Shown: positions 34,841 through 44,217 of the stretch, in pieces
Position numbering within the stretch: the first letter of the stretch is position 1
Layout of the letters: each line of letters opens with the position of its first letter
NCBI GenBank assembly: GCA_964631915.1
Contig: CAZWAS010000008.1
Location: forward strand, 6,854 to 55,499
Direction of reading: 5' to 3'
DNA length: 48,646 bases
Source of the DNA: an uncultured Spirochaetales bacterium
GTDB taxonomy: Bacteria > Spirochaetota > Spirochaetia > CAZWAS01
Translations under genes and position numbers: made by a program
Notes under the pieces: generated by a model
Databases searched by the model: none
What the model saw: only the letters and a program-made list of their open reading frames with translations
What the model was told of the DNA's origin: nothing

Positions 34841-37132
34841 ATGATCGGAAAAAAATTGATTCTCATCGTCGAGGATGAAGCCATCATCGCTTTAGCCGAG
34901 TCCACTACGCTAAAAAAAGCGGGATACGATGTTTCGGTTGCATATCACGGGGAACAGGCTCTTGATATGATAAGGAACGGCGTTGCCGTTGACCTCATTC
35001 TCATGGATATCGACCTCGGTACAGGCATGGACGGAACGCAGGCTGCAGAGGCTATACTGAAGATGAAAGATATACCGATAGTGTTTATGTCCAGTCATAC
35101 CGAACCGGAAATAGTGAACAGAACCGAACGGATAACTTCGTACGGATATGTGCTTAAGAGTTCCGGAAATACTGTTCTGCTCACCTCCATCAAAATGGCA
35201 TTCAGGCTCCACGATGCGCGCAGGGAACTTATCGACCGCGAACGCATTCTGCAGGAAACACTGGGAGCGATGAAAATCACTGAGGATAAACTCCGGCAAG
35301 CCAATGAAGAGCTTGCGGCGAGCTACGAAGAAATCGAAGTGAGCAACGAGGAGATACAACAGCAGAACATGCTCCTCGTGAAGGCGCAGCAGTCCTACAT
35401 GCAGATCCAGGATGATCTGATCAGAGCTCAGCGCATTGCGCATATTGGAAGCTTCGTGTATCTCGCTTCGGAATCCAGAGTCCAATGGTCGGAAGAGTTG
35501 TACCGTATCTTGGGGTGCGATCCGGATGCCGAAGCAGTAAGGATCGAAAAGCTTGTAGCGCTTATTTATGCGGAGGACAGACCGCTTTTCCAAGAACAGA
35601 TGAAAAAATTGCATGCCGAAGGCAGGTGCGAGTTCGAGTGCCGTATTACCAAGCGAGAACAAGAAATCGGGTGGGTGTCCCTGCGGGCGGAAATCGAGGC
35701 GGACAAGAACGGCAGACCGTTTCGGGTTACCGGTACCGTGCAGGATATAACCGAACGCAAACACACAGAAAAAGCGCTGGCGGAAAGTCAGGAAAACTTC
35801 CGGCTTTTCATGGAGTACAGCCCTATTTACATTTTCTTCAAGGATGATCACATACGATCTCTCCATTTGAGCAGGAATTACGAAAAGATGCTCGGAAGAC
35901 CTCTCGATGAGCTCATAGGAAAAACGATGGATGATCTTTTCCCTTCCGAGCTCGCCAAAAGCATGATCGAAGATGATAAGCGAATTCTCCGAGAAGGGAA
36001 ACCCATAGAAGTATATGAACAGCTCGGCGAGAGATATTACTATACCTTGAAGTTTCCGATAACCCGTGACGGGGGGCGACCGTTCCTCGCCGGTTTTACC
36101 ATGGATATAACGGATAGGGTAGTAGCAGAAAAAGCGCTCAAGGAGAGCGAGATGAAATTCCGATCCCTGTTCGAAACGATGACGGAAGGAGTTGCTATAC
36201 ACGAGCTCATATACGATGAGCGGAACAGAGCGGTCGATTATCTCATCATCGATACGAACCCTTCATTTTCCCGCCATACGGGGATTCCCAAACAGGAAGC
36301 GATAGGGAAAAAAGCGAGCGAGGTGTATGGCACAGGAACGCCGCCTTTTTTGAGTATTTACTGGAAAGTAGTAGAAACCGGTATGCCGCAGATGTTTGAA
36401 ACCCATTTCGAACCTTTGCAGCGCGATTTCAGTATCTCCGCGTTTTGTTTGGGAGCAGAACGGTTCGCTACGGTGTTCGAGGATATCAAGCGCGAAGAGG
36501 ATGCACTGAAAAGGGCATTTGAGGAAAAGGAAATCCTCATGCAAGAACTCCAGCACAGGGTGAAGAACAGTCTCCTCCTCATATCCGGGCTTGTAGACCT
36601 TGAATCGACGAGATCCAAGAACAATGCTACATACGAAACGCTGACGAATCTCAAGCATCGTATTCTTTCTGTGACGAAACTCTATGATCTTTTGTACCGC
36701 TCTTCGGAAATTCGGGAAATCCGGCTTGACGAATATCTGAAAGAAACCGCATCGTCGCTGTTTGAAAGCTACGCTATGGAGCAGAAAGGAGTGCGGCTGC
36801 GTATGACCATGGACAAAACTCACATCAATATAAAGCGGGCGATTCCCATGGGGCTCATTCTGAACGAGCTACTCACGAATGCCATAAAACACGCATACGC
36901 TGACTCTAAAAGCGGCAGGATCGATGTATCGCTGCGGCATGACGGGAATGCGATGATTCTTGAAGTATCGGACGACGGGAAAGGGCTGCCTGAAGGATTT
37001 TCAAAGGACGATTCTAAGGGGCTCGGCTTGACCCTTGTGCATATGCTTCTCGAACAGATACAGGGTGCCATGGAAATTGTAGGTGGTAGAGGAACGATAT
37101 TCCGCATAACCGCTCCTTTATCCGGTGCATAG
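34841..37132 (+). CDS. hybrid sensor: REC + coiled coil + 3 PAS + HisKA_2-type histidine kinase
   Basis: N-terminal receiver (LIVEDEAIIA...DLILMDIDLG), PAS-like repeats, H-box ELQHRVKNSLLLISGL and HATPase (LILNELLTNAIKHAY...DDGKGLP). Confidence 0.9.
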   Translation: MIGKKLILIVEDEAIIALAESTTLKKAGYDVSVAYHGEQALDMIRNGVAVDLILMDIDLGTGMDGTQAAEAILKMKDIPIVFMSSHTEPEIVNRTERITSYGYVLKSSGNTVLLTSIKMAFRLHDARRELIDRERILQETLGAMKITEDKLRQANEELAASYEEIEVSNEEIQQQNMLLVKAQQSYMQIQDDLIRAQRIAHIGSFVYLASESRVQWSEELYRILGCDPDAEAVRIEKLVALIYAEDRPLFQEQMKKLHAEGRCEFECRITKREQEIGWVSLRAEIEADKNGRPFRVTGTVQDITERKHTEKALAESQENFRLFMEYSPIYIFFKDDHIRSLHLSRNYEKMLGRPLDELIGKTMDDLFPSELAKSMIEDDKRILREGKPIEVYEQLGERYYYTLKFPITRDGGRPFLAGFTMDITDRVVAEKALKESEMKFRSLFETMTEGVAIHELIYDERNRAVDYLIIDTNPSFSRHTGIPKQEAIGKKASEVYGTGTPPFLSIYWKVVETGMPQMFETHFEPLQRDFSISAFCLGAERFATVFEDIKREEDALKRAFEEKEILMQELQHRVKNSLLLISGLVDLESTRSKNNATYETLTNLKHRILSVTKLYDLLYRSSEIREIRLDEYLKETASSLFESYAMEQKGVRLRMTMDKTHINIKRAIPMGLILNELLTNAIKHAYADSKSGRIDVSLRHDGNAMILEVSDDGKGLPEGFSKDDSKGLGLTLVHMLLEQIQGAMEIVGGRGTIFRITAPLSGA

Positions 37133-37223
37133 GAGAGGGCGAATCGATTTGTCCGCAGAGGGACAGCTTATTAGGGCGAAGTATCTCATGCCTTGTGACG
37201 TGTGGTGCATACGCAGTATTCCC

Positions 37224-38012
37224 TCACTGTTTGTTGTCCGCGTACACCTCGTGGCGTACTATGAGGGCTGTGCCGATGAGGAATGTCGCTGCAATGACTA
37301 TGTAACTTCCCCACCCGAGATCCGTTTTCGGTCCTGCGGCACCCGAATATAGCCCGACTATGGACCACGGCACCCAGGGACCCCAGCCTGTTCGGCCGAA
37401 CACGGTTGCGAGCACTAGAGTGAAGATGGAGAAGCCGAGAGGCGCGAAATACCCCCTGGTTTCTACTGCGATCCATGCGACCAGAACCGCGCAGCAGAGC
37501 GACATAAGCGCGAGTATGAGAAGCTTTGCCGTGGCAGAGAAAAAAAGCGTTTCCGTGAGGCCTGAGAGTCCGAGGATAGAACCTGCAGCAAAGGTCTCTG
37601 CGATGATCCAGAGGGTCAGAGCAGCGAACCAGGCAGCGGAAACAATGATTTTTGCGAACACAAAGCGGCTTCTTGGTATGGCTAGAGCGAGTAAATTCTT
37701 GGCAGTACCCTCAGTGTACTCGCGCCCGAATACATACGTGACTATGACAGAGCACATGATGAGCCCGCCTATGCCTCCCATCTCAACGATGAATGTCAGA
37801 AAGGTCGGCCAGTCCACGGACTGCCCGCCGAATGCGAATCTCGCCTTTTGCCCGATGAGCCCGAGGCTTTCCGCCATACCCGGATTTTTCATCATCCACA
37901 TGAAAAATCCTGCTATTGCCACCATGAACGTGTACGCTACGAGAGAAACCAAAGGCACCTTGCTCCTGCGGAGTTTCAGAAACTCCGTTCCTAGTACGTT
38001 TGCGAATATCAT
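37224..38012 (-). CDS. ABC-2 type exporter permease
   Basis: 262 aa, six hydrophobic segments. 4-nt overlap with the upstream ATPase gene. Confidence 0.85.
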   Translation of the reverse strand: MIFANVLGTEFLKLRRSKVPLVSLVAYTFMVAIAGFFMWMMKNPGMAESLGLIGQKARFAFGGQSVDWPTFLTFIVEMGGIGGLIMCSVIVTYVFGREYTEGTAKNLLALAIPRSRFVFAKIIVSAAWFAALTLWIIAETFAAGSILGLSGLTETLFFSATAKLLILALMSLCCAVLVAWIAVETRGYFAPLGFSIFTLVLATVFGRTGWGPWVPWSIVGLYSGAAGPKTDLGWGSYIVIAATFLIGTALIVRHEVYADNKQ

Positions 38013-38944
38013 GATACCCCTCCGGTAAGACGCATGAAATGCTGTTCGAGATCCTCCTCCATAGAGACGAGGCGCTCTACTGCTATATCCGCTCTCACGA
38101 GCGCACGGGCAATGGAAGCTGGCTTGGCGCTGCTATCCGTTATACGGAACGTGTTTTCTCCTGAGCGCGACAATCCTGAAAAGCCGAGCTCGCATCGCAG
38201 TATCCCCTCAGCGCGCACGGCATCGTCCACTTCGATTTCTATGGCCGGAGTGCAGGTTTTACGCAAATCCTGATAGTCGAGTTCTTCCGCGAGCTTTCCT
38301 TCGTGCACGATGCCTATGCGGTCTGCGAGATGCTCCACCTCGTCTAAAAGGTGGCTCGACATGAACAGGGTGACTCCCTGCTCGTCTGTGAGACGGCGGA
38401 GCAATGCCCTGATCTCTACGATGCCTGCAGGGTCAAGTCCGTTGACCGGTTCATCGAGGATGAGGAGTTCGGGCGAATGGATAAGAGCTCTGGCAAGCGA
38501 AAGCCGCTGCTTGTTGCCGAGGGAAAGTTCCCCTGCGTGCCGATCAGCGTATTCGCCGAGTTTGAGGAGGTCCATGGCCTCCTTCACCGAAGATTTCGGC
38601 GCTCCTGCCAGGCGCTGTTGTATGCGGAGATTCTCTCTGACCGTAAGGTTCGGGTATGCTGCTGCGGATTCCACGAAATAGCCGATCCGCGAAAGAATGT
38701 CCGCGCGGTTCCTGGTAAGTGTCAACCCGAAGATCGATATTTCGCCCGAACTCGGCCGTACAAGGCCCAGGAGCATGCGGATGGTAGTAGTCTTGCCTGA
38801 GCCGTTTCTACCGAGAAAACCGTAGATTTCGCCTCTGCGAACGTTGAGCTCTACGTGCTTAACGGCTCGAACCGGTCCGTAGCTTTTCGAGAGGCTCCGC
38901 GTGCGGATCGCCATATCATCCGTGGCAGGCTGTTCATGCATCAT
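38009..38944 (-). CDS. ABC transporter ATP-binding protein (exporter type)
   Basis: Walker A GRNGSGKTT, signature LSLGNKQR, Walker B LLILDEP. Confidence 0.92.
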   Translation of the reverse strand: MMHEQPATDDMAIRTRSLSKSYGPVRAVKHVELNVRRGEIYGFLGRNGSGKTTTIRMLLGLVRPSSGEISIFGLTLTRNRADILSRIGYFVESAAAYPNLTVRENLRIQQRLAGAPKSSVKEAMDLLKLGEYADRHAGELSLGNKQRLSLARALIHSPELLILDEPVNGLDPAGIVEIRALLRRLTDEQGVTLFMSSHLLDEVEHLADRIGIVHEGKLAEELDYQDLRKTCTPAIEIEVDDAVRAEGILRCELGFSGLSRSGENTFRITDSSAKPASIARALVRADIAVERLVSMEEDLEQHFMRLTGGVS

Positions 38945-39561
38945 GTTTCCTCCTCCGTCCTCGCCTCAGAGGCTATTTTCAGCGCGAGAGCTTCTGCGAT
39001 CAGCTTCACCGTAGGCTGGTAGGTTCCAGCCGGGAAATCCTCTCTGTGCATCGCTATGGAAAACAAAGCCGGAACGAGACCGCGGAACGCTTTAAAGAGC
39101 GACGGAGGGACTATGCCTTCGGAAGCCCACTGTCCGAAAGCCTCTTCGAGGACACGGCTGTCTTCTGCCTGATGCGCCGCTATCCGTTCGGGCGGCAGTC
39201 GCTCTATGATCGTCTGAATCTCCCGCATGCCGAGCTGCGCGAGCCCCGGTTCTCGGTCGAGTATTTCGAAGGCGCCCATGAAAAACCGTTCCATCCGTTC
39301 CCGGACCGTTCCTCCATGTTCCGTGACTTGTCGGATCAGGGTATCGCGGTATTCCTTTTCCCACGATTCGAAAACCGACAGGATGAAATCTTCTCTCGAA
39401 GGGAAGAACGAGTAGAAACTCCCCTTGGATATACCAGCTTCGCGAGCCACATCGTCCACAACGAGGAGGCGCATTCCTGCCCTGTTGATGAGGCGCTTTC
39501 CCGCCGCAATGAGTTTAGTTCTGATCCGTTCCCGTTCCGTTTCGCTGAATGCTTTTGGCAT
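38941..39561 (-). CDS. TetR/AcrR family transcriptional regulator
   Basis: HTH VDDVAREAGISKGSFYSFFPSRE. ATGA-type overlap with the ABC ATPase gene. Confidence 0.88.
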   Translation of the reverse strand: MPKAFSETERERIRTKLIAAGKRLINRAGMRLLVVDDVAREAGISKGSFYSFFPSREDFILSVFESWEKEYRDTLIRQVTEHGGTVRERMERFFMGAFEILDREPGLAQLGMREIQTIIERLPPERIAAHQAEDSRVLEEAFGQWASEGIVPPSLFKAFRGLVPALFSIAMHREDFPAGTYQPTVKLIAEALALKIASEARTEEET

Positions 39562-39683
39562 ACATCCTCAATGACTGAAAAAGCTTAAATAGTCAAACAG
39601 AATATACTATAAATGCGGTTTTGCGGCAAGGAGAATTCAAAATTTTCCGATGAATGGGTTCGCACCGTAAAACATGGCCTGTT

Positions 39684-39733
39684 TTATTTTACTTTTCCGT
39701 GTTATAGTAAAATAAGGAAGTCAGTATTTTACT
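39684..39733 (+). promoter_or_regulatory. 10-bp perfect inverted repeat plus third direct copy upstream of fic
   Basis: TTATTTTACT (39684-39693) and AGTAAAATAA (39706-39715) are separated by 12 nt. TATTTTACT recurs at 39725-39733, just before the GGAG Shine-Dalgarno. Confidence 0.3.
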
Positions 39734-39745
39734 TTGGAGTACGAT

Positions 39746-40876
39746 ATGGATATCAAGGATTTCAGGGCCGGGCATCAGGTGAAAGGGTATCAGTACCGAT
39801 ATTTCCTCCCAGAAAAGATCAATCACTCTTTTTTCTGGACCGATGAGGGAATCAACGAGCTTTTGGAAAAAGCATCTCTGAACATGGGCGAATTGAACTC
39901 CTTTTCCCGTTTTATTCCGGACACTGATATGTTTATCCTCATGCACATATTCAAAGAAGCTGTTGTATCGAGCAGGATCGAGGGAACCCGAACGAATATC
40001 GAGGAGGCTTTGATCGATGAGAAAGAGATCGATCCTGAGAAACGGGATGATTGGCGGGAAGTCAACAATTATGTGAAAGCGATGAATACCGCTATCGAGG
40101 AATTGAAGACGTTACCGCTCTCCAATAGGCTCATACGGAACACCCATAGGATTCTCCTCTCAAGCGGAAGAGGGGAACATAAAAGCCCGGGGGAATTCCG
40201 ACGATCCCAGAACTGGATAGGCGGTGCGAGCCTTGCGGACGCGGCTTTCATACCGCCTGCCCATACCGAGTTACCCGAACTCCTTTCCGATCTGGAATTG
40301 TTTCTCCATAACAGAGATATAAGGATTCCGCATCTTGTCCGCATAGCAATAGCTCACTATCAGTTTGAAACCATACATCCTTTTCTCGACGGCAACGGCA
40401 GAATAGGTCGTCTGCTCATAACCCTCTATCTCGTATCGAGCGGAGTTCTGGAAAAACCGCTTCTTTATCTCTCCGATTTTTTCGAGCAGAACAGAACCCT
40501 GTACTACGACAACCTGACTCTGGTACGCACAAAAAACGATCTCGGACAGTGGATCAAGTTTTTCCTCACTGGAGTCATTCAGACTGCGGAACGCTCTGTT
40601 GCAACGTTGAAGCAAATAACCGATCTGAAAGAATCCATAGAGAAAGAGAGAATTCTTCTTTTGGGCAAGCGAGCAAAGCAAGGGATCGAGTTTCTGCATC
40701 GGCTTTTCAAAAAACCGGTAGTGACCGTCAAGGAAGCGCAGGCTATGACGGGCCTTTCTCCAAAAGCCACCTACGATCTCGTACAGGCTTTTGTCGACAA
40801 GAACATATTGATCGAAACAACCGGATACGAGAGAAACCGGGTCTTTGTTTTCGACGAATATGTGCGGATGTTTTGA
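39746..40876 (+). CDS. Fic family protein (AMPylase-type) with N-terminal inhibitory motif and C-terminal wHTH-like region
   Basis: Fic motif HPFLDGNGRIGRLL. [ST]xxxE[GN] inhibitory motif SSRIEG. ATG 39746 follows a GGAG Shine-Dalgarno. Confidence 0.9.
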   Translation: MDIKDFRAGHQVKGYQYRYFLPEKINHSFFWTDEGINELLEKASLNMGELNSFSRFIPDTDMFILMHIFKEAVVSSRIEGTRTNIEEALIDEKEIDPEKRDDWREVNNYVKAMNTAIEELKTLPLSNRLIRNTHRILLSSGRGEHKSPGEFRRSQNWIGGASLADAAFIPPAHTELPELLSDLELFLHNRDIRIPHLVRIAIAHYQFETIHPFLDGNGRIGRLLITLYLVSSGVLEKPLLYLSDFFEQNRTLYYDNLTLVRTKNDLGQWIKFFLTGVIQTAERSVATLKQITDLKESIEKERILLLGKRAKQGIEFLHRLFKKPVVTVKEAQAMTGLSPKATYDLVQAFVDKNILIETTGYERNRVFVFDEYVRMF

Positions 40877-40888
40877 GCGGAGGCAGGC

Positions 40889-41728
40889 ATGAACAAAACG
40901 ATCGCAGTGATATTCGATTTCGACGATACGCTTGCTCACGATTCCACGAGCGATTTCCTCGCGTCGCTGGGGATCGATACCGAGCAGTTCTGGGGTATAG
41001 AAAACAAGAAGCTCATCGAATCGGGATGGGATCCTGTGCCTGCCTACATGTTCCAGATGATACAGTGGTCGAATCGGCAAGCCGATGGTTCGAAGATAAC
41101 GAGAAAAAAGATCGAATCCTTTGGGAAGAATGTCAGGCTCTTCGACGGAACTCAACGGGTATTCGGCAAATTGAAGGAGTATGTGGCAAAAACTGATCCA
41201 GATTTCGCTGTTGAGTTTTACATCATCAGCAGCGGTCTGGGAGACCTTATCAGGAATACGAAAATCGCGCATCACATGACTGATGTTTTCGCTTCGGATT
41301 TCCATTACTCGGATACCGGGGAAATCTGTTTTCCCAAGAAGATCGTCAGTTTCACGGACAAGACGCGCTACATTTTCCAGATTTCCAAAGGGTTGGTCGG
41401 AGAGAACTTCCGGAACAAACCCTTCGATGTGAACAAAAAGGTCGAACCAGCGGACCTTTGCATTCCGCTCAACCGGATGATCTTCATAGGAGACGGATAC
41501 ACGGATATTCCCTGTTTTTCCCTGCTGAGCAAAAACGGCGGCATCGCCTTTGCCGTATACGACAGAGAGAACAAAGAAAAGAAACACAAAGCCTGGGGAT
41601 TTATCGAAGATGGAAGAGTAAAGACGCTGCATTCTGCGAACTACACGAAGGGTTCGGATCTGATATCCGCGATCGAAATGTCGTTGGGAAGCATCATTTC
41701 AAAAGTGAACAACGCATATCTGGGATAA
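40889..41728 (+). CDS. HAD-superfamily (IB-like) hydrolase
   Basis: Motif I VIFDFDDTL (DxDxT), motif II IISSG, motif IV FIGDGYTD. Starts 12 nt after the fic stop. Confidence 0.72.
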   Translation: MNKTIAVIFDFDDTLAHDSTSDFLASLGIDTEQFWGIENKKLIESGWDPVPAYMFQMIQWSNRQADGSKITRKKIESFGKNVRLFDGTQRVFGKLKEYVAKTDPDFAVEFYIISSGLGDLIRNTKIAHHMTDVFASDFHYSDTGEICFPKKIVSFTDKTRYIFQISKGLVGENFRNKPFDVNKKVEPADLCIPLNRMIFIGDGYTDIPCFSLLSKNGGIAFAVYDRENKEKKHKAWGFIEDGRVKTLHSANYTKGSDLISAIEMSLGSIISKVNNAYLG

Positions 41729-41775
41729 CTTTATCAATCGGTGCTATCTCCTGAGCTCCGAACGAATAATTTTTG

Positions 41776-41806
41776 TTGATCATGACGTTACGTTATGTTG
41801 TATCTT
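41776..41806 (+). promoter_or_regulatory. MerR-type promoter with 19-bp spacer and imperfect dyad
   Basis: TTGATC (41776-41781), 19-nt spacer containing the dyad CATGACGTTACGTTATG (self-complementary at 14 of 17 positions), TATCTT (41801-41806). A MerR gene lies at the end of the same transcription unit. Confidence 0.4.
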
Positions 41807-41983
41807 GAATTTGAATCAAAACATCTAATCGAGAGGTCACATGAAAAGAACTTTGATTGTTTTGTTGATACTATGTGCTGCGGTTGTTGCTTTTATTCTT
41901 ATTGTCTGGATAACTTCCGATAAAAACCGATAGGTCATTGGTTTTCAGCCCAGGGTCAAAAAGCGTACGAGGAGGCATACAGT

Positions 41984-42808
41984 TTGGCGATGAAGGCGAT
42001 GCCGGATGTCACCCATACCTACGACATAAAAACTACCTTTGGCGTGGTACGAATATATGAATGGTCTTCGGAGTCGACGAAAACAAAGATTCCCATGGTA
42101 CTATTGCCTGGGCGGAGTTCGGGCACTCCCATGTGGGCGAATAATCTCAAGGACTTCATCAAAACACGAACCGTCTACACGATTGATGCCCTCGGCGATG
42201 CGGGCATGAGCGTTCAAACCTCGCCGCTTAAAACGAGCGAGGATCAGGCGCAGTGGGTGGAAGAAGTATGTACTGCGCTGAAGCTTACGAAAGTCCATAT
42301 CGTAGGACATTCCTTCGGCGGATGGTCTGCTGCGAACTACGCTTCCAGATATCCGAGTAAGGTGGCATCGGTTTGCCTGATCGAGCCGGTATTTACTTTT
42401 CAATCCATAAAGCCGATTATCTTCTTGAAATCCATACCGTACAGTATCAAGTTTCTCCCGAAATCGTGGAGGCAGGGGTTGTTGAAAGAAATTGCGGGCA
42501 CAGACAACATCGAGCGTTCCGATCCTTTGGCGAGAATGATTGATGATGGTGCCGAATACTATGTTGCAAAACTTCCTGCGCCAACACAAATCTCCCAAGA
42601 ACAAATGCGGAGATGGAACTTTCCTGTATATGTCGCCTTGGGCGGAAAGAGCGCGGTTCATGATTCCACGAAGGGTTGGGAGACAGCGAAAAACAATATT
42701 CAGTCTCTTTCGGGAAAAATATGGCCGGAAGGAACACATTCTCTTCCGATGGAACACTCTGAGGAAATCGACAAGGAAATCGTCGAATTCGTCGATGCGA
42801 TCGATTGA
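41984..42808 (+). CDS. alpha/beta hydrolase (possibly the 3' part of a nonsense-interrupted lipoprotein gene starting at 41840)
   Basis: Nucleophile elbow GHSFGG. Track ORF with a TTG start. The same frame upstream encodes a lipobox signal peptide that ends in a TAA at 41921. Confidence 0.78.
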   Translation: MAMKAMPDVTHTYDIKTTFGVVRIYEWSSESTKTKIPMVLLPGRSSGTPMWANNLKDFIKTRTVYTIDALGDAGMSVQTSPLKTSEDQAQWVEEVCTALKLTKVHIVGHSFGGWSAANYASRYPSKVASVCLIEPVFTFQSIKPIIFLKSIPYSIKFLPKSWRQGLLKEIAGTDNIERSDPLARMIDDGAEYYVAKLPAPTQISQEQMRRWNFPVYVALGGKSAVHDSTKGWETAKNNIQSLSGKIWPEGTHSLPMEHSEEIDKEIVEFVDAID

Positions 42809-42820
42809 TCGGATGTGCAC

Positions 42821-43573
42821 ATGAATAATAAAAAAATTTCTATAGGCGAGGCAGCCACAATTTCGGGGCTTTCCATTCGGACTTTGCAGTACTACGATGA
42901 TATTGGATTATTCAGAGCCTCCGGACGGCTTGAGAATGGTCGGAGGTACTATCATGAGGCTTCGCTCATCGAATTGGAACAGATTGTTTTTTATACGAAG
43001 CTGGGCTTTTCGCTCAAGAAGACCAAGGAGTTGATCGGAGAGTCAAAGTGCCGTGATGTAAGCTTGATTCTTGAAAAACAAGAATTACTACTTATATCGA
43101 AGTCGGAAAGGATCCAGATACTTATCGCAGCCACTGAGGTCTGCAAAGAAATAACCGCGGCTCATTTTGTACCGCCATGGGCTCTCCTGACGTCGCTTAT
43201 CACCTCCATGTCGGAAATCGATCTGCTATACTGGCGGGATTTTCCCTACACAGAGGAGGTTAAGAAAAAGCTGACCGATGTATTCCCTTCTTTCGAAGAG
43301 GCAATGGGTTTTTGTCATGAATTGAATATGCTTTTATTGAAAGCGTCGACGTATGAAGCTGCACATATTCCCACGGCACACGATCTGGCCAGAAAACTCG
43401 CCGATGAATGGACCAGATTTCTGGAAAAACGCATTGGAGAAGATAAAGAGCTGGTTTCGATTTTCCGAATGATAGCTGAAAACCACGCGCGTGGATACGC
43501 CATGCGATGCCAGAATGCCGAAAAATACCTGGAAAAAATCTGTGAAAAACAGAATGGGGTTGCCGATTCGTGA
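42821..43573 (+). CDS. MerR family transcriptional regulator with C-terminal effector domain (TipAS-like)
   Basis: ISIGEAATISGLSIRTLQYYDDIGL...RRYY HTH. Confidence 0.86.
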   Translation: MNNKKISIGEAATISGLSIRTLQYYDDIGLFRASGRLENGRRYYHEASLIELEQIVFYTKLGFSLKKTKELIGESKCRDVSLILEKQELLLISKSERIQILIAATEVCKEITAAHFVPPWALLTSLITSMSEIDLLYWRDFPYTEEVKKKLTDVFPSFEEAMGFCHELNMLLLKASTYEAAHIPTAHDLARKLADEWTRFLEKRIGEDKELVSIFRMIAENHARGYAMRCQNAEKYLEKICEKQNGVADS

Positions 43574-43587
43574 TAGCCTGTCATGCG

Positions 43588-44217
43588 TCAGCCGCAGCAT
43601 AGGATGTACGAACCTGATTCCTTATCGAACGCCACGGGACTCCCGGAGCCGTTCCGTATGGCTTCGATGAGTTCCGGCTCGGATGCCACTTGAAACGGAA
43701 ACATAGTGGCAAATATGCCGACCCTCTCTCTGCTGTGCGCGTCGCTTCCACCTGTGGCAGGAAGGCCGAGCCTTAAGGAGGCTGCGTGAGCCCTGGCGTT
43801 CAAGAGATGGATCGTGTTCCCGTTGTAAGCTTCCACTGCCCCGAGTCCCGGCGTATCGAACATCCGGTCCGCGATGCCTCTTCCGTTCTGCCTGAACGGA
43901 TGCGCCGCTATGGAAACTCCTCCCCTGCCGTTCACGAGCTCGGTGAGCTCACAGGCGTGCAGCATCCGGCGGGGAACTTCCGAAAGGCCGAAGCAGAGGA
44001 GGTCGCCTTCGAACGTGAGAATTTCGACGCCTGTGAACACGAGTATGCCGTAGTCCATTCCTATGATTCCCGCTTTCCTGTTGTGCCCGAGGCTGTCGTG
44101 ATCGGTGATGCATATCCCGTCGAGCCCCATGTCCGCTGCGCGGGAAACAGCTTCTTCGATATTCATCCTGCTGCAGGGAGAATACTCGCTTGTGTGCACG
44201 TGAAGATCAATGATCAA
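43588..44217 (-). CDS. PHP-domain phosphoesterase
   Basis: IIDLHVHTSEYSPC...ICITDHD...AHP...GSDAH metal-ligand pattern. TTG 44217 lies 6 nt after an AGGAGG. The longer track ORF would be buried in the ATPase gene. Confidence 0.75.
   Translation of the reverse strand: MIIDLHVHTSEYSPCSRMNIEEAVSRAADMGLDGICITDHDSLGHNRKAGIIGMDYGILVFTGVEILTFEGDLLCFGLSEVPRRMLHACELTELVNGRGGVSIAAHPFRQNGRGIADRMFDTPGLGAVEAYNGNTIHLLNARAHAASLRLGLPATGGSDAHSRERVGIFATMFPFQVASEPELIEAIRNGSGSPVAFDKESGSYILCCG

Noticed and set aside
34910-36202. 430-aa minus-strand ORF.
   Set aside because: Antisense and codon-aligned to the REC-PAS-histidine kinase gene, which has clear REC, H-box and HATPase motifs.
40271-41632. 453-aa minus-strand ORF, the longest unexplained ORF in the track.
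   Set aside because: It lies antisense to two genes with unmistakable catalytic motifs (Fic HPFLDGNGRIGR; HAD DxDxT and GDGxxD) and shares their codon phase. Its sequence has no recognisable motif. It is an artefact of TTA/CTA/TCA avoidance.
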